A stretch of DNA of 64,000 bases from an uncultured Candidatus Saccharibacteria bacterium (GCA_964584265.1 CAZOZI010000002.1:2340-66339); one strand, 5' to 3'; counted from the first letter of the stretch, positions 8,769 to 18,729 are shown. Notes: a model not told the origin generated them from the sequence alone. Translations and numbers: made by a program.

Positions 8769-9233
8769 TTACTTCTTAGCTTTCTGCTTGGGTTGTTTTG
8801 ATGCTTTTTCCTCGTGCTGTCTCAGAACCGTTCCGAGCACACCGTTTACAAATTTAGAGCTGTTATCGCCGCCAAAAGCCTTTGCTAGTTCCACTGCTTC
8901 ATTGATGACTACCTTTGGCGGGACTGAGGTTTCATAAAGTAGTTCGTAAAGCCCGATTCTTAGTACCACACGGTCCATGCGGGCAATTTGGTCTATTGGC
9001 CACTGTGGTGCTGCCGGTTGCAAAATAGCATCTAGCTCGGTTTGATTCTTATGGACACCATTGACCAATTGTTTGGTGAAAGCAACATCGTCGAGCGCTC
9101 GTTTATAGCGATTGATATTACGCTCAAGAGCCTCACTCAACTTAAAGCGTTTATCACCGCTGTTTAAGCGAAAATCCTGCTCGTATAGCGTTTGCAATGC
9201 AACGATGCGACCAAGATGACGATTAGCACTCAT
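8769..9233 (-). CDS. nusB: Transcription antitermination factor NusB
   Basis: 154 aa; RIVALQTLYEQDF...INEAVELAKAFGGDNSSKFVNGVLG is the NusB family pattern. Confidence 0.85.
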   Translation of the reverse strand: MSANRHLGRIVALQTLYEQDFRLNSGDKRFKLSEALERNINRYKRALDDVAFTKQLVNGVHKNQTELDAILQPAAPQWPIDQIARMDRVVLRIGLYELLYETSVPPKVVINEAVELAKAFGGDNSSKFVNGVLGTVLRQHEEKASKQPKQKAKK

Positions 9234-9290
9234 TGTTAAATTTCCTTAGGAACTACTTATATAAAGTATAGCGCGCCGGTGCTATCTTGC

Positions 9291-9437
9291 CTACTTTGTT
9301 GTTTTGGCCGACTCACGTCGGGTAGTGTAGACCTTAACGGGTGATTTCGCGTTTACGCGGCGGGCCAAATTAAGCACAAGGTGGCTGCGACGAACTCCGG
9401 TGCGACGATGACTTGTCCGTTTCTTAGGCTTCCCCAT
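9291..9437 (-). CDS. rpmF: 50S ribosomal protein L32
   Basis: Below the ORF-track size cut-off. Hand translation gives MGKPKKRTSHRRTGVRRSHLVLNLARRVNAKSPVKVYTTRRESAKTTK. The PKKRTSxxR motif is diagnostic, and AAAGGAG lies upstream of the ATG. Confidence 0.85.
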   Translation of the reverse strand: MGKPKKRTSHRRTGVRRSHLVLNLARRVNAKSPVKVYTTRRESAKTTK

Positions 9438-9528
9438 AGTAAGCAGCTCCTTTCACATTAACAGATGATATTTAGTTATAGCTTAACGGAATATGCATCA
9501 AAACTCAAGTGCGAAGGCCTCTGAATAC

Positions 9529-9557
9529 TTGACAAATACTACGCTTACTTTTATAAT
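9529..9557 (+). promoter_or_regulatory. Consensus sigma70 promoter, leaderless geometry
   Basis: TTGACA (9529-9534), 17 nt, TATAAT (9552-9557), then only 8 nt to the ATG at 9566. Confidence 0.5.
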
Positions 9558-9565
9558 TTGTCTTT

Positions 9566-9970
9566 ATGCCAAATTTTTCGTCTGGTGCAGAGCTACTGAA
9601 AGATCGTCTTTTTAAATTCGCCCTTATCTTTGGACTTGCTAGTGTATCTCTGACTACAGCTGGTGTGGTTATGGCCGATAGAGCCGCTCCAGATCCAGTA
9701 AGGCGTGTAGGACCTAATTGTGAGGTGACTGGTGAGGCAAAAGTTATACTGAGTGGTGAAACTTTGGACATGCTACTTAAACTAGCTAATCAAACGCAGT
9801 TGTGCGACAGAAGTGCTGTTCAAGCGGAACTTGATATAGAGAACGAACGCGCTTGGGGTGACATTGGGTCAAGTAAACACTTCGGTGAAGAGGTAATTGT
9901 GCCGTTGGTAACACCAGATAACATGCCCACGACAGATCAAGATACACTGACGCTGACTTTAACTGGCTAG
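9566..9970 (+). CDS. Hypothetical secreted or membrane-anchored protein
   Basis: 134-aa ORF with an N-terminal hydrophobic segment FKFALIFGLASVSLTTAGVVMA, directly served by the consensus promoter. Preferred over the overlapping minus ORF 9505-9771. Confidence 0.5.
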   Translation: MPNFSSGAELLKDRLFKFALIFGLASVSLTTAGVVMADRAAPDPVRRVGPNCEVTGEAKVILSGETLDMLLKLANQTQLCDRSAVQAELDIENERAWGDIGSSKHFGEEVIVPLVTPDNMPTTDQDTLTLTLTG

Positions 9971-9980
9971 CTTTAGTCAG

Positions 9981-12479
9981 CTAAATAACGAAGTTGACCA
10001 ATTTATTAGCAACAAAAATTGTCTTCTTTATGTTCTGATTTTTTAAGTAACCGGCCACTTTTTTATCAGCATGGGCTGCCTTTACAACTAGTTCTTCTGA
10101 GCTGTCATTTGCCAAGGATACATTAGCTCGAACTTTGCCATTCACTTGTACCACTATGGTGATCGTGTCATTGACAATATAGGCGTCATCCCAGATTGGC
10201 CAATGGTCTACATGTACGCTGTCTTCGTGACCAAATTTATGCCACAGCTCTTCGGCTGTGTGTGGAGCAAAAGGTGCAACTAACATAACTAAGCTCTCCA
10301 AACTATCCTGCCAGGTTTTTTTATCAGTAAATCCCTTGGTTTTGAATTTATAGAAATCATTGGTGCACTGCATCATGGCGGCAATCGCTGTGTTGTATTT
10401 TTGCGACTCTAGATCATCAGTTACTTTTTTGATTGTCCGGTCTATTGATTGCAACACATCCTCAGATTTTGCCGATTGACTTTGCTTAGTGTCATCTGTT
10501 AAAAATTCTTCTACCAAGTTCCATAAGCGTGACAAAAAGCGGTGTGTGCCTGGCACGCCCTGCGGATCCCAACGTACCCAGAGATCAAGTGGGGCAGCAA
10601 ACATTAAGTAAGTTCTCAATGCATCGGCGCCATAGCCTTGGTCAATTATTTCTAGTGGATCAACGCCGTTACCCTTACTTTTGCTGAACATTCGGCCGTC
10701 TTGGGCGGTAACTTTGCCGTTGAATAAGAACTTTTTGAAAGGTTCTGGATTATCTACTAGACCTTTTTTGTGTAAAAAGCTTGTTACAAAACGTGCATAT
10801 ATCATGTGGGCTGTTGCGTGATCCGCACCGTTATAAAAATCAATCGGCATCCATTTATTGACAATGTTACTTTCAAAAATCTTCAATGAGTTGTCTGGAT
10901 CAAAATAGCGCAGCATATACCAACTGCTGTCTATATAGGTATCAAGTGTGTCAGTTTCACGTTCACCCGGCTTACCACATTTTGGACAAGGCGCCTTTAG
11001 CCAGTCAGTTGCTCTGGCTAGTGCACTACGGCCATCACCGCTTGGTTCGTAGTCTTTAATCTCAGGCAAAACGACTGGTAGGTCTTTGTCGGGCACTAAC
11101 ACAGGACCGTGGTCTTTGCAGTAAATAATTGGAATGGGTGCGCCCCAGTAGCGTTGACGACTGATGCTCCAGTCTCTCATGCGATATGTAGTTACTCTTT
11201 TACCCATATCGTGCTTCACCATGTAATCCATAATTTTTTTTGTGGCCTCATGTATACCTAGGCCATTCAAAAAGTCAGAATTGATTATCTTGCCTGTTTC
11301 TTCTTGAACTTGAGATATATTAGTAATTGGAGAGTCGTCAGCATCTTCACCTACAACCACCCGTACAATAGGTAAGCCAAACTCTTCGGCAAATTCAAAG
11401 TCACGCACATCATGACCAGGCACACCGACGACTGCTCCTGTGCCAAAGCCAGACAACACAAAATCCGCTACCCATATAGGAAGTCTCTCGTTATTAAGTT
11501 TATTTACCGCATATAAACCAGTGAACACACCAGTCTTCTTACGGCCCTCTTGCTGTCGCTCAACTTCAGACTTGGCAAGAGCTTTCTTGATGTAGTTACC
11601 AACTTTTTGTGAATTATCTTCACCATCCTTTGACATAACTTTCTTCTCAACAACTTGGCGAGCAAGTTCATGCTCCGGTGAGAGCACAATAAAGGTAGCT
11701 CCAAAGTTAGTATCTGGTCTTGTGGTAAAGCAAGTTACTGCCGCTGCCTTGTTAGCATTGTCAACTTCATAGGTTATATTGATGCCGTGTTTACGGCCAA
11801 TCCAGTTTTTTTGCGCCAACTTAACGCTTTCCGTCCAATCCAAATCATCAGTTGCTTCTAATAATTCGTCAGCATAGTCAGTGATTTTAAAGAACCACTG
11901 CTTAACTTCCTTCTGAACCGCTGGTGGATCATCCGAGCCATCGTGGCGCCAGCATTTGCCATCAATAACTTGTTCATTGGCTAGTACGGTTTTATCGATT
12001 ACGCACCACCACTGTAAGCGAGTATCCTGATAGGCCAAACCGGCTCTGAACATCTCGGAAAATATCCATTGAGTCCATTTGTAGTAGGCAGGGTCGTGGG
12101 TGGCAATTTCTTTGCTCCAGTCATTGCTCCAACCCATCGCTTTGTATTGTTTATGATAATTAGGGATAATCGTGGCCATAGATTGCTGTGGAGAGACGCC
12201 TGCTTTTATGGCATAGTTTTCGGCCGGTAACCCAAAAGCATCCCAACCTACTGGATGATAGCTTTCGTATCCCTGCTGCCGTTTGAAACGAGCCAGCACA
12301 TCGCTAATGGTGTAATTCATAGCATGCCCTATGTGGATGCCTGCCCCGCTTGGGTAGTTAAACATGCTCATAGCAATATACTTAGGCTTTTTGCTCTGCA
12401 AGTTAGCCTTATAGGTCTGATGCTTATCCCAATATTTTTGCCAGCGCGGCTCAATATCTTTAGGATTATATCGTTTCAT
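9981..12479 (-). CDS. leuS: Leucyl-tRNA synthetase
   Basis: 832 aa with the HIGH-type motif (GIHIGHAMNY), KMSKS-type motif (RMFSKSKGN) and CP1 editing domain. Confidence 0.95.
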   Translation of the reverse strand: MKRYNPKDIEPRWQKYWDKHQTYKANLQSKKPKYIAMSMFNYPSGAGIHIGHAMNYTISDVLARFKRQQGYESYHPVGWDAFGLPAENYAIKAGVSPQQSMATIIPNYHKQYKAMGWSNDWSKEIATHDPAYYKWTQWIFSEMFRAGLAYQDTRLQWWCVIDKTVLANEQVIDGKCWRHDGSDDPPAVQKEVKQWFFKITDYADELLEATDDLDWTESVKLAQKNWIGRKHGINITYEVDNANKAAAVTCFTTRPDTNFGATFIVLSPEHELARQVVEKKVMSKDGEDNSQKVGNYIKKALAKSEVERQQEGRKKTGVFTGLYAVNKLNNERLPIWVADFVLSGFGTGAVVGVPGHDVRDFEFAEEFGLPIVRVVVGEDADDSPITNISQVQEETGKIINSDFLNGLGIHEATKKIMDYMVKHDMGKRVTTYRMRDWSISRQRYWGAPIPIIYCKDHGPVLVPDKDLPVVLPEIKDYEPSGDGRSALARATDWLKAPCPKCGKPGERETDTLDTYIDSSWYMLRYFDPDNSLKIFESNIVNKWMPIDFYNGADHATAHMIYARFVTSFLHKKGLVDNPEPFKKFLFNGKVTAQDGRMFSKSKGNGVDPLEIIDQGYGADALRTYLMFAAPLDLWVRWDPQGVPGTHRFLSRLWNLVEEFLTDDTKQSQSAKSEDVLQSIDRTIKKVTDDLESQKYNTAIAAMMQCTNDFYKFKTKGFTDKKTWQDSLESLVMLVAPFAPHTAEELWHKFGHEDSVHVDHWPIWDDAYIVNDTITIVVQVNGKVRANVSLANDSSEELVVKAAHADKKVAGYLKNQNIKKTIFVANKLVNFVI

Positions 12480-12530
12480 GGTCAGCTATCACCTTATCAT
12501 AACAGAGGTGAAGCCACAACTATGGCTGGT

Positions 12531-13334
12531 TTAGTGCGGTGGGTGGCCGAAAAATTCACCTTGAGCTTCTGGTGATAGTTGAAGCAGCTGTGTAACTGTT
12601 ACCAAGTGATATTTAGCTTTTAAGTCATGGATCATTTGCGATGCAGCGCTGACCGTAGTTGGCAACGTATCATGCATAATAATAATGGAGCCATTATGTG
12701 CTTGAGATTCAACGGTTGAGATCAATGTTGCCGGATTCTTTTCGCGCCAATCCTTCGGATCGACATTCCACAAGATGATTGGCATGTGAATAGTAGAAAG
12801 CATGGTTTGGTTAGCACCGCCGTAAGGAGGCCGGAAAAGATGAGGCGCAGGCACACCACTCGCGGTAATAGTACTTTGAGTAGCATTTATTTGATCTAAC
12901 ATTTGCGCTGGATTCAACTTAACAAAATTGGGGTGGCTCCAGCTATGGTTGCCTATTTCATCACCGTCCGCATGCATACGACGCAATATGTTTTCGTGGC
13001 CAGCGACCCGGTTACCAATCACAAAGAAGGTTGCGGTGGCCTGTTCTTTTTCAAGTACATCTAGTATGTGCGGCGTGGTTGCCGGGTCAGGTCCATCATC
13101 AAAGGTAAGAGCCACACAAGCCTCAGCCTGACAATTAACAGGTGGCGGGGGTGGCAATTTTACCACCATGTTCAACGCAGTGGCCTCAAGAGAAGAAGCG
13201 TACACCTTCGTTTGGCTGTTTTGATATTGCCCTTTTTGAGTCAACACCAAAACAACGCCCAAAACTGCCGCTAGTAGTATTCCACTTACCCGTGAGAACA
13301 CAATGCGGCGCCCAAACTCCTGCACACGCTCCAT
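12531..13334 (-). CDS. Polysaccharide / peptidoglycan deacetylase (NodB homology domain), N-terminal TM anchor
   Basis: VALTFDDGP...IGNHSWSHP...LFRPPYG are the NodB catalytic motifs. Confidence 0.85.
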   Translation of the reverse strand: MERVQEFGRRIVFSRVSGILLAAVLGVVLVLTQKGQYQNSQTKVYASSLEATALNMVVKLPPPPPVNCQAEACVALTFDDGPDPATTPHILDVLEKEQATATFFVIGNRVAGHENILRRMHADGDEIGNHSWSHPNFVKLNPAQMLDQINATQSTITASGVPAPHLFRPPYGGANQTMLSTIHMPIILWNVDPKDWREKNPATLISTVESQAHNGSIIIMHDTLPTTVSAASQMIHDLKAKYHLVTVTQLLQLSPEAQGEFFGHPPH

Positions 13335-13373
13335 GTGTAAAACTAGTGTACGCCGTTAATGGCTATTTTTCTA

Positions 13374-14399
13374 TTACAATTTTCGCAGTTTACGCCTGGC
13401 TGTTTCAAACAAATAAGTTAGAGCATAGCGTTTGTGATCGATTACAAAGTCGTGAGCCGGTAGATAAGCTACATCCTCACCACCAAATCCACGTTTGAAC
13501 ACTGAAACGCCGTAAAAGCGGTGCTTTGTTTGGCCATGTCCAGTTACACCCCAAAGGTTATAACGCATACAACCCCGTCTTCTCGCCTCAACGATGGCTT
13601 GCCATTGTATGGCGTATGCTCCTGGAAATTGGCGTGCCAGATCAGTGCTCGCACCATAATGATAAGCCGCCTCAGAACCGTAAAAAATAATGAAAGCCAT
13701 GGCAAGTAATTTGTCGTTGTAAGTTGCCCTATACATTAATACCTTATCTGCTTGCGCAAATGCCTTGAACTGTTCACTTAAAAATCGTTTAGAAAAGGGT
13801 ACAAACTTTTGGCGCTTCGCGGTTTGTAATTGTAAATCATAGAATTCATTTAAATATTGATCATCATTTACGGCCTCAACTTTAATGCCCAGCTTCTCAG
13901 CCCGATTGAGTTCATAGCGCGCTCCTTTGCGCATACTGCGTTTTAATTCTTCATCACTCTTACGAAGATCAAGTTGAGTAGTTAGATCCGCTGTTACATG
14001 CATAGGCGAAGGCCGAAAACCAAGTCTTTTAAATAAAGCTTGGTTGTCTGGTGTATCAAGCAGTTGAGGACGCACACGCACAAAAAGACAATGGTGTTGT
14101 TTGGCAGTTATTTTTAATGTCTCCGCCCACTTATGGACCAATTCTTTATTTGCCCAATCTATGATAGGCCCACCCGACACCACTAAGTGCCTTCCACGAC
14201 GGGCTGGCTCTACTACTGCCAATAACACGCCGGTTAGTTTTTCTTGTTCGTAGAAACCCATACGTTCAACGGTATGGTCAAGACCTTTATGAAACTCCCC
14301 CCAATACCACGAATGTAAGAAATTAGCCTCAGGGTGTTGAGCAATAAACGCTTCCCAGATTTCTTTATCCTCTATGTTTTTTACTTCGATTTGAGCCAT
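13374..14399 (-). CDS. FemAB-family peptidoglycan interpeptide-bridge aminoacyltransferase
   Basis: 341 aa; N-terminus FLHSWYWGEFHK, C-terminal GAYAIQWQAIVEARRRGCMRYNLWG and FKRGFGG typical of the FemAB family. Confidence 0.75.
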   Translation of the reverse strand: MAQIEVKNIEDKEIWEAFIAQHPEANFLHSWYWGEFHKGLDHTVERMGFYEQEKLTGVLLAVVEPARRGRHLVVSGGPIIDWANKELVHKWAETLKITAKQHHCLFVRVRPQLLDTPDNQALFKRLGFRPSPMHVTADLTTQLDLRKSDEELKRSMRKGARYELNRAEKLGIKVEAVNDDQYLNEFYDLQLQTAKRQKFVPFSKRFLSEQFKAFAQADKVLMYRATYNDKLLAMAFIIFYGSEAAYHYGASTDLARQFPGAYAIQWQAIVEARRRGCMRYNLWGVTGHGQTKHRFYGVSVFKRGFGGEDVAYLPAHDFVIDHKRYALTYLFETARRKLRKL

Positions 14400-15568
14400 G
14401 TTTTTACCTTGCCTGCTATAAACTCGACATCTTTTTCATTAACATGTGTGTGTGTAGGTAGATTAACAATATGCTGTGCTAGTGCTTCTGCATTAGAGCA
14501 TGAGCCCTGTTGGTAACTGGTTTGAGGCAAATAACGTTTTGGGCCAATTGGCGCATCGTACCACGTATCACCAATGTATATATGAAAGCGTTTGAGGTAA
14601 GCAACTAGACTCTTCCGGTCTTCGACCCACAACGGAAAACGTAGGTAAAGCGGTTGGCTATTTTCATTAATACTGAACATAATTTCTTTTGGCAGTTGCG
14701 CAGTATATATAGCAGCAATCCTCTGACGATGCGAAAGCTCAGCGCTGGCTGAATCCCATTTACTTATGAGTAGCCCGGCTGCCGAATCAGTCATTTGCTG
14801 AATGCCCTGCAAATTATCACCCATTGGTGTGGACATGAAGTGGAGTTTTTTAAGAATTGTATGCAAGATGCGGCCTAGCCCAAATGAGTATGTAGCGCGA
14901 ATAAGACTGGTCCAAAAAGGATACAAGCGATTTTTGAAACGAAGCCAAAGACCCACATGCGTCGACACATCAAGCGATTTTGAATTTGCTGAACGATTCA
15001 CAACGGCTCCGCCTGCAACCACATCTAGTGGTTTATCTTGGCTGAATGATAGCATTGTGAACTGACCCACTGTACCTACTTCACGTCCATCGCTGTATCG
15101 GGCACCAAAACTATGAGCCAGATCTTCAATTATAGTAATGTTGTGCTGTTTACAGTAAGCCTCTAGCGCTAGCATGTCAGCCACTAAACCGAGTGTGTTC
15201 TGCACAATAATCGTTTTAAGGTTTGGGTTATTTTTATGAGCTGTTCTCAACTCTTCAACCCCAAAATTAAGCTGTTTTGACGCGACGTCTATAAATACAG
15301 GCTTATAACCTGCTCGCTCAACTGCCTGATAAACTACATAGCAAGTAAATCCGTTAATGCCAACCGTTGAGCCTTGTGGTAAGTTCGCACCGCGAACTGC
15401 TAGTTCTAAAGCCTGGCGTCCTTTATAGGTCAGAGCCACGCTACCGCCATAGCGTTCACCGAGAAGTTCTTCAAGTTTTGTTTTAGCCCCGTGGCCCCCC
15501 GGCCAAAACAAACTGCGCAAAATAAATTTGCCGGAGTAATTTGAGCCAAGCGAATTAAAAATTGCCAT
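14381..15568 (-). CDS. DegT/DnrJ/EryC1/StrS-family PLP-dependent aminotransferase
   Basis: 395 aa; TMLSFSQDKPL (PLP-lysine region) and IIEDLAHSFGA. 19-nt overlap with the Fem gene. Confidence 0.8.
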   Translation of the reverse strand: MAIFNSLGSNYSGKFILRSLFWPGGHGAKTKLEELLGERYGGSVALTYKGRQALELAVRGANLPQGSTVGINGFTCYVVYQAVERAGYKPVFIDVASKQLNFGVEELRTAHKNNPNLKTIIVQNTLGLVADMLALEAYCKQHNITIIEDLAHSFGARYSDGREVGTVGQFTMLSFSQDKPLDVVAGGAVVNRSANSKSLDVSTHVGLWLRFKNRLYPFWTSLIRATYSFGLGRILHTILKKLHFMSTPMGDNLQGIQQMTDSAAGLLISKWDSASAELSHRQRIAAIYTAQLPKEIMFSINENSQPLYLRFPLWVEDRKSLVAYLKRFHIYIGDTWYDAPIGPKRYLPQTSYQQGSCSNAEALAQHIVNLPTHTHVNEKDVEFIAGKVKTWLKSK

Positions 15569-16251
15569 CAGCCGATCACCTTTGCAATATAATCAGCAAC
15601 TTCTGCAGGATGGGAAAATTGGGGACCATGATGCGCGTCTTCAATAATAAATGGCTCATGTGCCAATGGTATGCGACGTCTCATCGTAAAGGCATCCTTC
15701 AGCGGAGTCATAGGGTCGTGGCGACCCCAGATGATGAAGGTGGGCGCTTGCACTTTATCAAGCGCTAATTGGTAGTCTGATTTAAGCAGATTAATCATAG
15801 TAGTACGGCCAATTGGTTCAGCATTAAGATAGTCACGCGCTCGGGCGATTTTGTATAACCAGCGTCTAGCTGATTCAGATTTAGTAAGCGGTTTGCCAAT
15901 TTTAGCGAGAGTTTTAAAAGTAGCCCGTTTGACTCTTGACTTGAGCTCCGTCCTCGGTATGCCAGCACTATCAATCAGAATTAACTTCTTAACTTTGTCG
16001 GGATAACTAACAGCAAAGTTAAGCGCCAAGCGGCCCCCGTTAGAATGTCCAACAAGCACCACTGGCTCGCTACCAACTTCGCCTTCCAACCATTTCATAT
16101 ATCGATCAATTGTCCACGGCTCAGTCTCTCTCTTTGTCAGAACAGGAATATCCGGCATTTCGGGATTAATACTGCGCTTTTTCAGCTCACCTAATACCGG
16201 TTGCCATTTGTCTTTATCATAGGCCCAACCATGCAAAATGATAACTCTCAT
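15568..16251 (-). CDS. Alpha/beta-fold hydrolase
   Basis: Nucleophile elbow VLVGHSNGG with a C-terminal His region. I prefer the start MRVIILHGW at 16251, which forms an ATGA overlap with the upstream Mur-ligase stop. Confidence 0.8.
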   Translation of the reverse strand: MRVIILHGWAYDKDKWQPVLGELKKRSINPEMPDIPVLTKRETEPWTIDRYMKWLEGEVGSEPVVLVGHSNGGRLALNFAVSYPDKVKKLILIDSAGIPRTELKSRVKRATFKTLAKIGKPLTKSESARRWLYKIARARDYLNAEPIGRTTMINLLKSDYQLALDKVQAPTFIIWGRHDPMTPLKDAFTMRRRIPLAHEPFIIEDAHHGPQFSHPAEVADYIAKVIG

Positions 16252-17564
16252 CGAGGCAATCCCCACTGTTGGCGTCTTTTAGTCCAAACCGGTTCGCGTC
16301 GTACTAAATATTTAGCGTCGGCTGGGTCAGCCAACAGTTGCTCAATAACACCCTCCAAAAACCGGCCACCCTTAAAAAACAAAGTTTCGCCGCCACGCAT
16401 GTTTTTCTCAATAAAATCGAGCACCTCTTTGGGACTTTCGAAACTATCAATTGGTATAGAAAGTTGTTTCTTGAGCAATGGGTAGGTGTGTTTACGCGTT
16501 CTTGTACCCAGTAAAATAACGCGTTCGGCCTTAACTCTTGCTATTGCTTCGGCTAATTTTTCATGCTCCTCGGCTTCCAAGCTACCCTGCTCAAGGATAT
16601 CCCCTATAATCAGCCATTTTTTATTTGCTGGGTAATCATTAAAAAGTTCCAGCAGAGCCTTCATGGCACCTAATCCAGTGTTATATGTACTGTCAATAAT
16701 TGTAGTGTCATGCTTACCCGCAAACACACTGCTACGGCCTGGTGGCATGGCCAGCGCTTTGTATTCAGAATCTGGAGAATAGCCAAGATAATCTAGTAGT
16801 TTATTAACCATCTGCAAGCTCACACCCAGCTCTTTTGGGTGCAATCCAGGCAAATGAATGGTCTCGCCGCCAACGATATAAACGGTCTGTGTCTCTTCAA
16901 TCTTATGTTTGCTGACTGCCTTGCTGGATACTCTAATAACTTTTGCGTTTTCTGGCACGCGCGTAAGTTGGGCTGTAAGATCAGACTGATCCGCATTAGC
17001 GATAACTAACTTGCTAGTATTTGCTGCAAAGTTACCAAAATCGTAAGCAATTGCCTGCTCATGCGTTTTAAAGTGGCCTGAGTGAACAAGTGCATCGAAG
17101 TTCATACTATGCGTACGATAAACGCTTATCCAGAGGGTAACTTCGGGCCTTAGAAATCGTGCCAAAAAATACCCCTCATGAGGGCGATCCGTATCTGCTT
17201 CAACAATGTAGAGTTTTGTAGCTGGTACTTTGCGCCATGCCTTAATTGGTGCGAGCAAAAAATGGCTCAGCCACTGTTTCCTATCAAGAATGTTTGGTGA
17301 TAAACCTAAAATATGAAACGGTAACCCTATCGAACTATTGGCATGGTGTGAATAGATAGCTTTGTCTCCCAACTGAGCTTCTACCAATTGCAGCAGAGTT
17401 GTTTTTCCAGATGAGCCTGTTATGACAACTATACGCGGTTTCCAGCGCCTCAGCACAAAACGTGCCCAGAAAGCAAAATAACTGGCCACGACGAAATATA
17501 GACGCTTCTTCAGGCTATGTAACACTAGTCCTATTCTACCGTAAAAGTTATCGATTGAGCGCAT
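16248..17564 (-). CDS. Mur ligase family protein (MurF-like amide ligase)
   Basis: P-loop VVITGSSGKTT, central and C-terminal Mur-ligase domain pattern (DSTYNTG, WLIIGDILEQG). Confidence 0.7.
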   Translation of the reverse strand: MRSIDNFYGRIGLVLHSLKKRLYFVVASYFAFWARFVLRRWKPRIVVITGSSGKTTLLQLVEAQLGDKAIYSHHANSSIGLPFHILGLSPNILDRKQWLSHFLLAPIKAWRKVPATKLYIVEADTDRPHEGYFLARFLRPEVTLWISVYRTHSMNFDALVHSGHFKTHEQAIAYDFGNFAANTSKLVIANADQSDLTAQLTRVPENAKVIRVSSKAVSKHKIEETQTVYIVGGETIHLPGLHPKELGVSLQMVNKLLDYLGYSPDSEYKALAMPPGRSSVFAGKHDTTIIDSTYNTGLGAMKALLELFNDYPANKKWLIIGDILEQGSLEAEEHEKLAEAIARVKAERVILLGTRTRKHTYPLLKKQLSIPIDSFESPKEVLDFIEKNMRGGETLFFKGGRFLEGVIEQLLADPADAKYLVRREPVWTKRRQQWGLPR

Positions 17565-17683
17565 TTACAAGCCAATATCAATTCTGTTACTATCAACCGC
17601 GCATGGGGTCTCAAAGGTTAATCCTGAGAGACTCCACCATATAGAACAATCATAATGGCCTTAGGATTTCCTAGAGGCTATTT

Positions 17684-18610
17684 TTATTGCAACTGTTGAA
17701 GGCGTGTCTGCAGTTCACTGACCGGTACGGTATGAGTCGGGATATCAGTTATAGTTTGCAGACCGTAGCTAGAATATTGCTCGTCGCGATTTGTACCAGT
17801 GTAATGTATATCAGTAAGCTCCCTGGATGCCACATCCACCGTAAATACAACTTTTTGGGTGGGGCGGCCGGCATAATCTGCCGGGTTAACGTTGTCCAGC
17901 TGTTTTAGCCCCAGGCCTTTGGTAAAGGTTTTGAGCATTGCCACGTAAGCCTCGGGCTTTATTGTTACCTCATAATCGTAGACCAGCCGGCCAGTTTGAT
18001 GACGCCGCGTAACCTTTTTGTAATCAGTCGTATAAACCTGCTGAGTGCGTATCATATCCAATAAATGCTGCCTTGATTGCTTATCTAACGGTGCAAACGG
18101 TATAACACCAATGATACTTTGATTAAGAAGCTGGGCGCCGGTTTGTCCGCTCAAGGCACCCGACTCTCCTTTGCCCCATACGCCCAAGACATTCGTAAAA
18201 TTTAGTGGCTTTCCGTCTTTGTCCCTTTGGGAAGTATCAATGCTCTGATAACGCACATAATCAGCATCAGGTGTACCAATATTTTCTGTGACCACTGTAT
18301 CGTTACCGGCAGCCCCTGGCTGCGAAAGAGTTGTTAGGCTGTGAGCGGTGCTTTGGCTGCCAAGGCTAAGCATTGTGGTCTGATCAAGTTTGCCTTCTTC
18401 GCTTGACTGTATAACACGCCGAGTGACGCTTTGGGTACTTAGGTTGGAGCTCAACATTCCCCAAAATACCCGCCCAGGATCGCTGTACACCTTACGCCAC
18501 CACACGCAACCAGACACAGCCACTACTATAAGAACGACTATGCATATCAAAATACTCGCGCGCCCAGCTGAAAATTTGGTTTGCTTTTTGGAACTCCGCT
18601 TCTTAGCCAT
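17684..18610 (-). CDS. Hypothetical membrane-anchored extracytoplasmic protein
   Basis: ORF 17684-18685 trimmed to MAKKRSSKKQTKF...ILICIVVLIVVAVSG (ATG 18610), because the longer form would overlap tRNA-Ala. Confidence 0.55.
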   Translation of the reverse strand: MAKKRSSKKQTKFSAGRASILICIVVLIVVAVSGCVWWRKVYSDPGRVFWGMLSSNLSTQSVTRRVIQSSEEGKLDQTTMLSLGSQSTAHSLTTLSQPGAAGNDTVVTENIGTPDADYVRYQSIDTSQRDKDGKPLNFTNVLGVWGKGESGALSGQTGAQLLNQSIIGVIPFAPLDKQSRQHLLDMIRTQQVYTTDYKKVTRRHQTGRLVYDYEVTIKPEAYVAMLKTFTKGLGLKQLDNVNPADYAGRPTQKVVFTVDVASRELTDIHYTGTNRDEQYSSYGLQTITDIPTHTVPVSELQTRLQQLQ

Positions 18611-18640
18611 GCAGTTATTGTACCAGTAACACGTAAAATA

Positions 18641-18717
18641 TGGTGGAGCTACGCGGGCTCGAACCGCGGACCTCATGCATGCCATGCATGCGCTCTAGCC
18701 AACTGAGCTATAGCCCC
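18641..18717 (-). tRNA. tRNA-Ala (anticodon GGC), CCA encoded
   Basis: Hand-folded cloverleaf GGGGCUA/UAGCUCC with G3:U70, anticodon loop AUGGCAU, T-loop UUCGAGC. Confidence 0.9.
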
Positions 18718-18729
18718 TAGTTAGTTGAT

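Noticed and set aside
9505-9771. Minus-strand 88-aa ORF overlapping 9566-9970
   Set aside because: The plus-strand ORF is longer, has a signal-anchor-like N-terminus and is served by a perfect TTGACA-17-TATAAT promoter. The minus ORF has no start signals.
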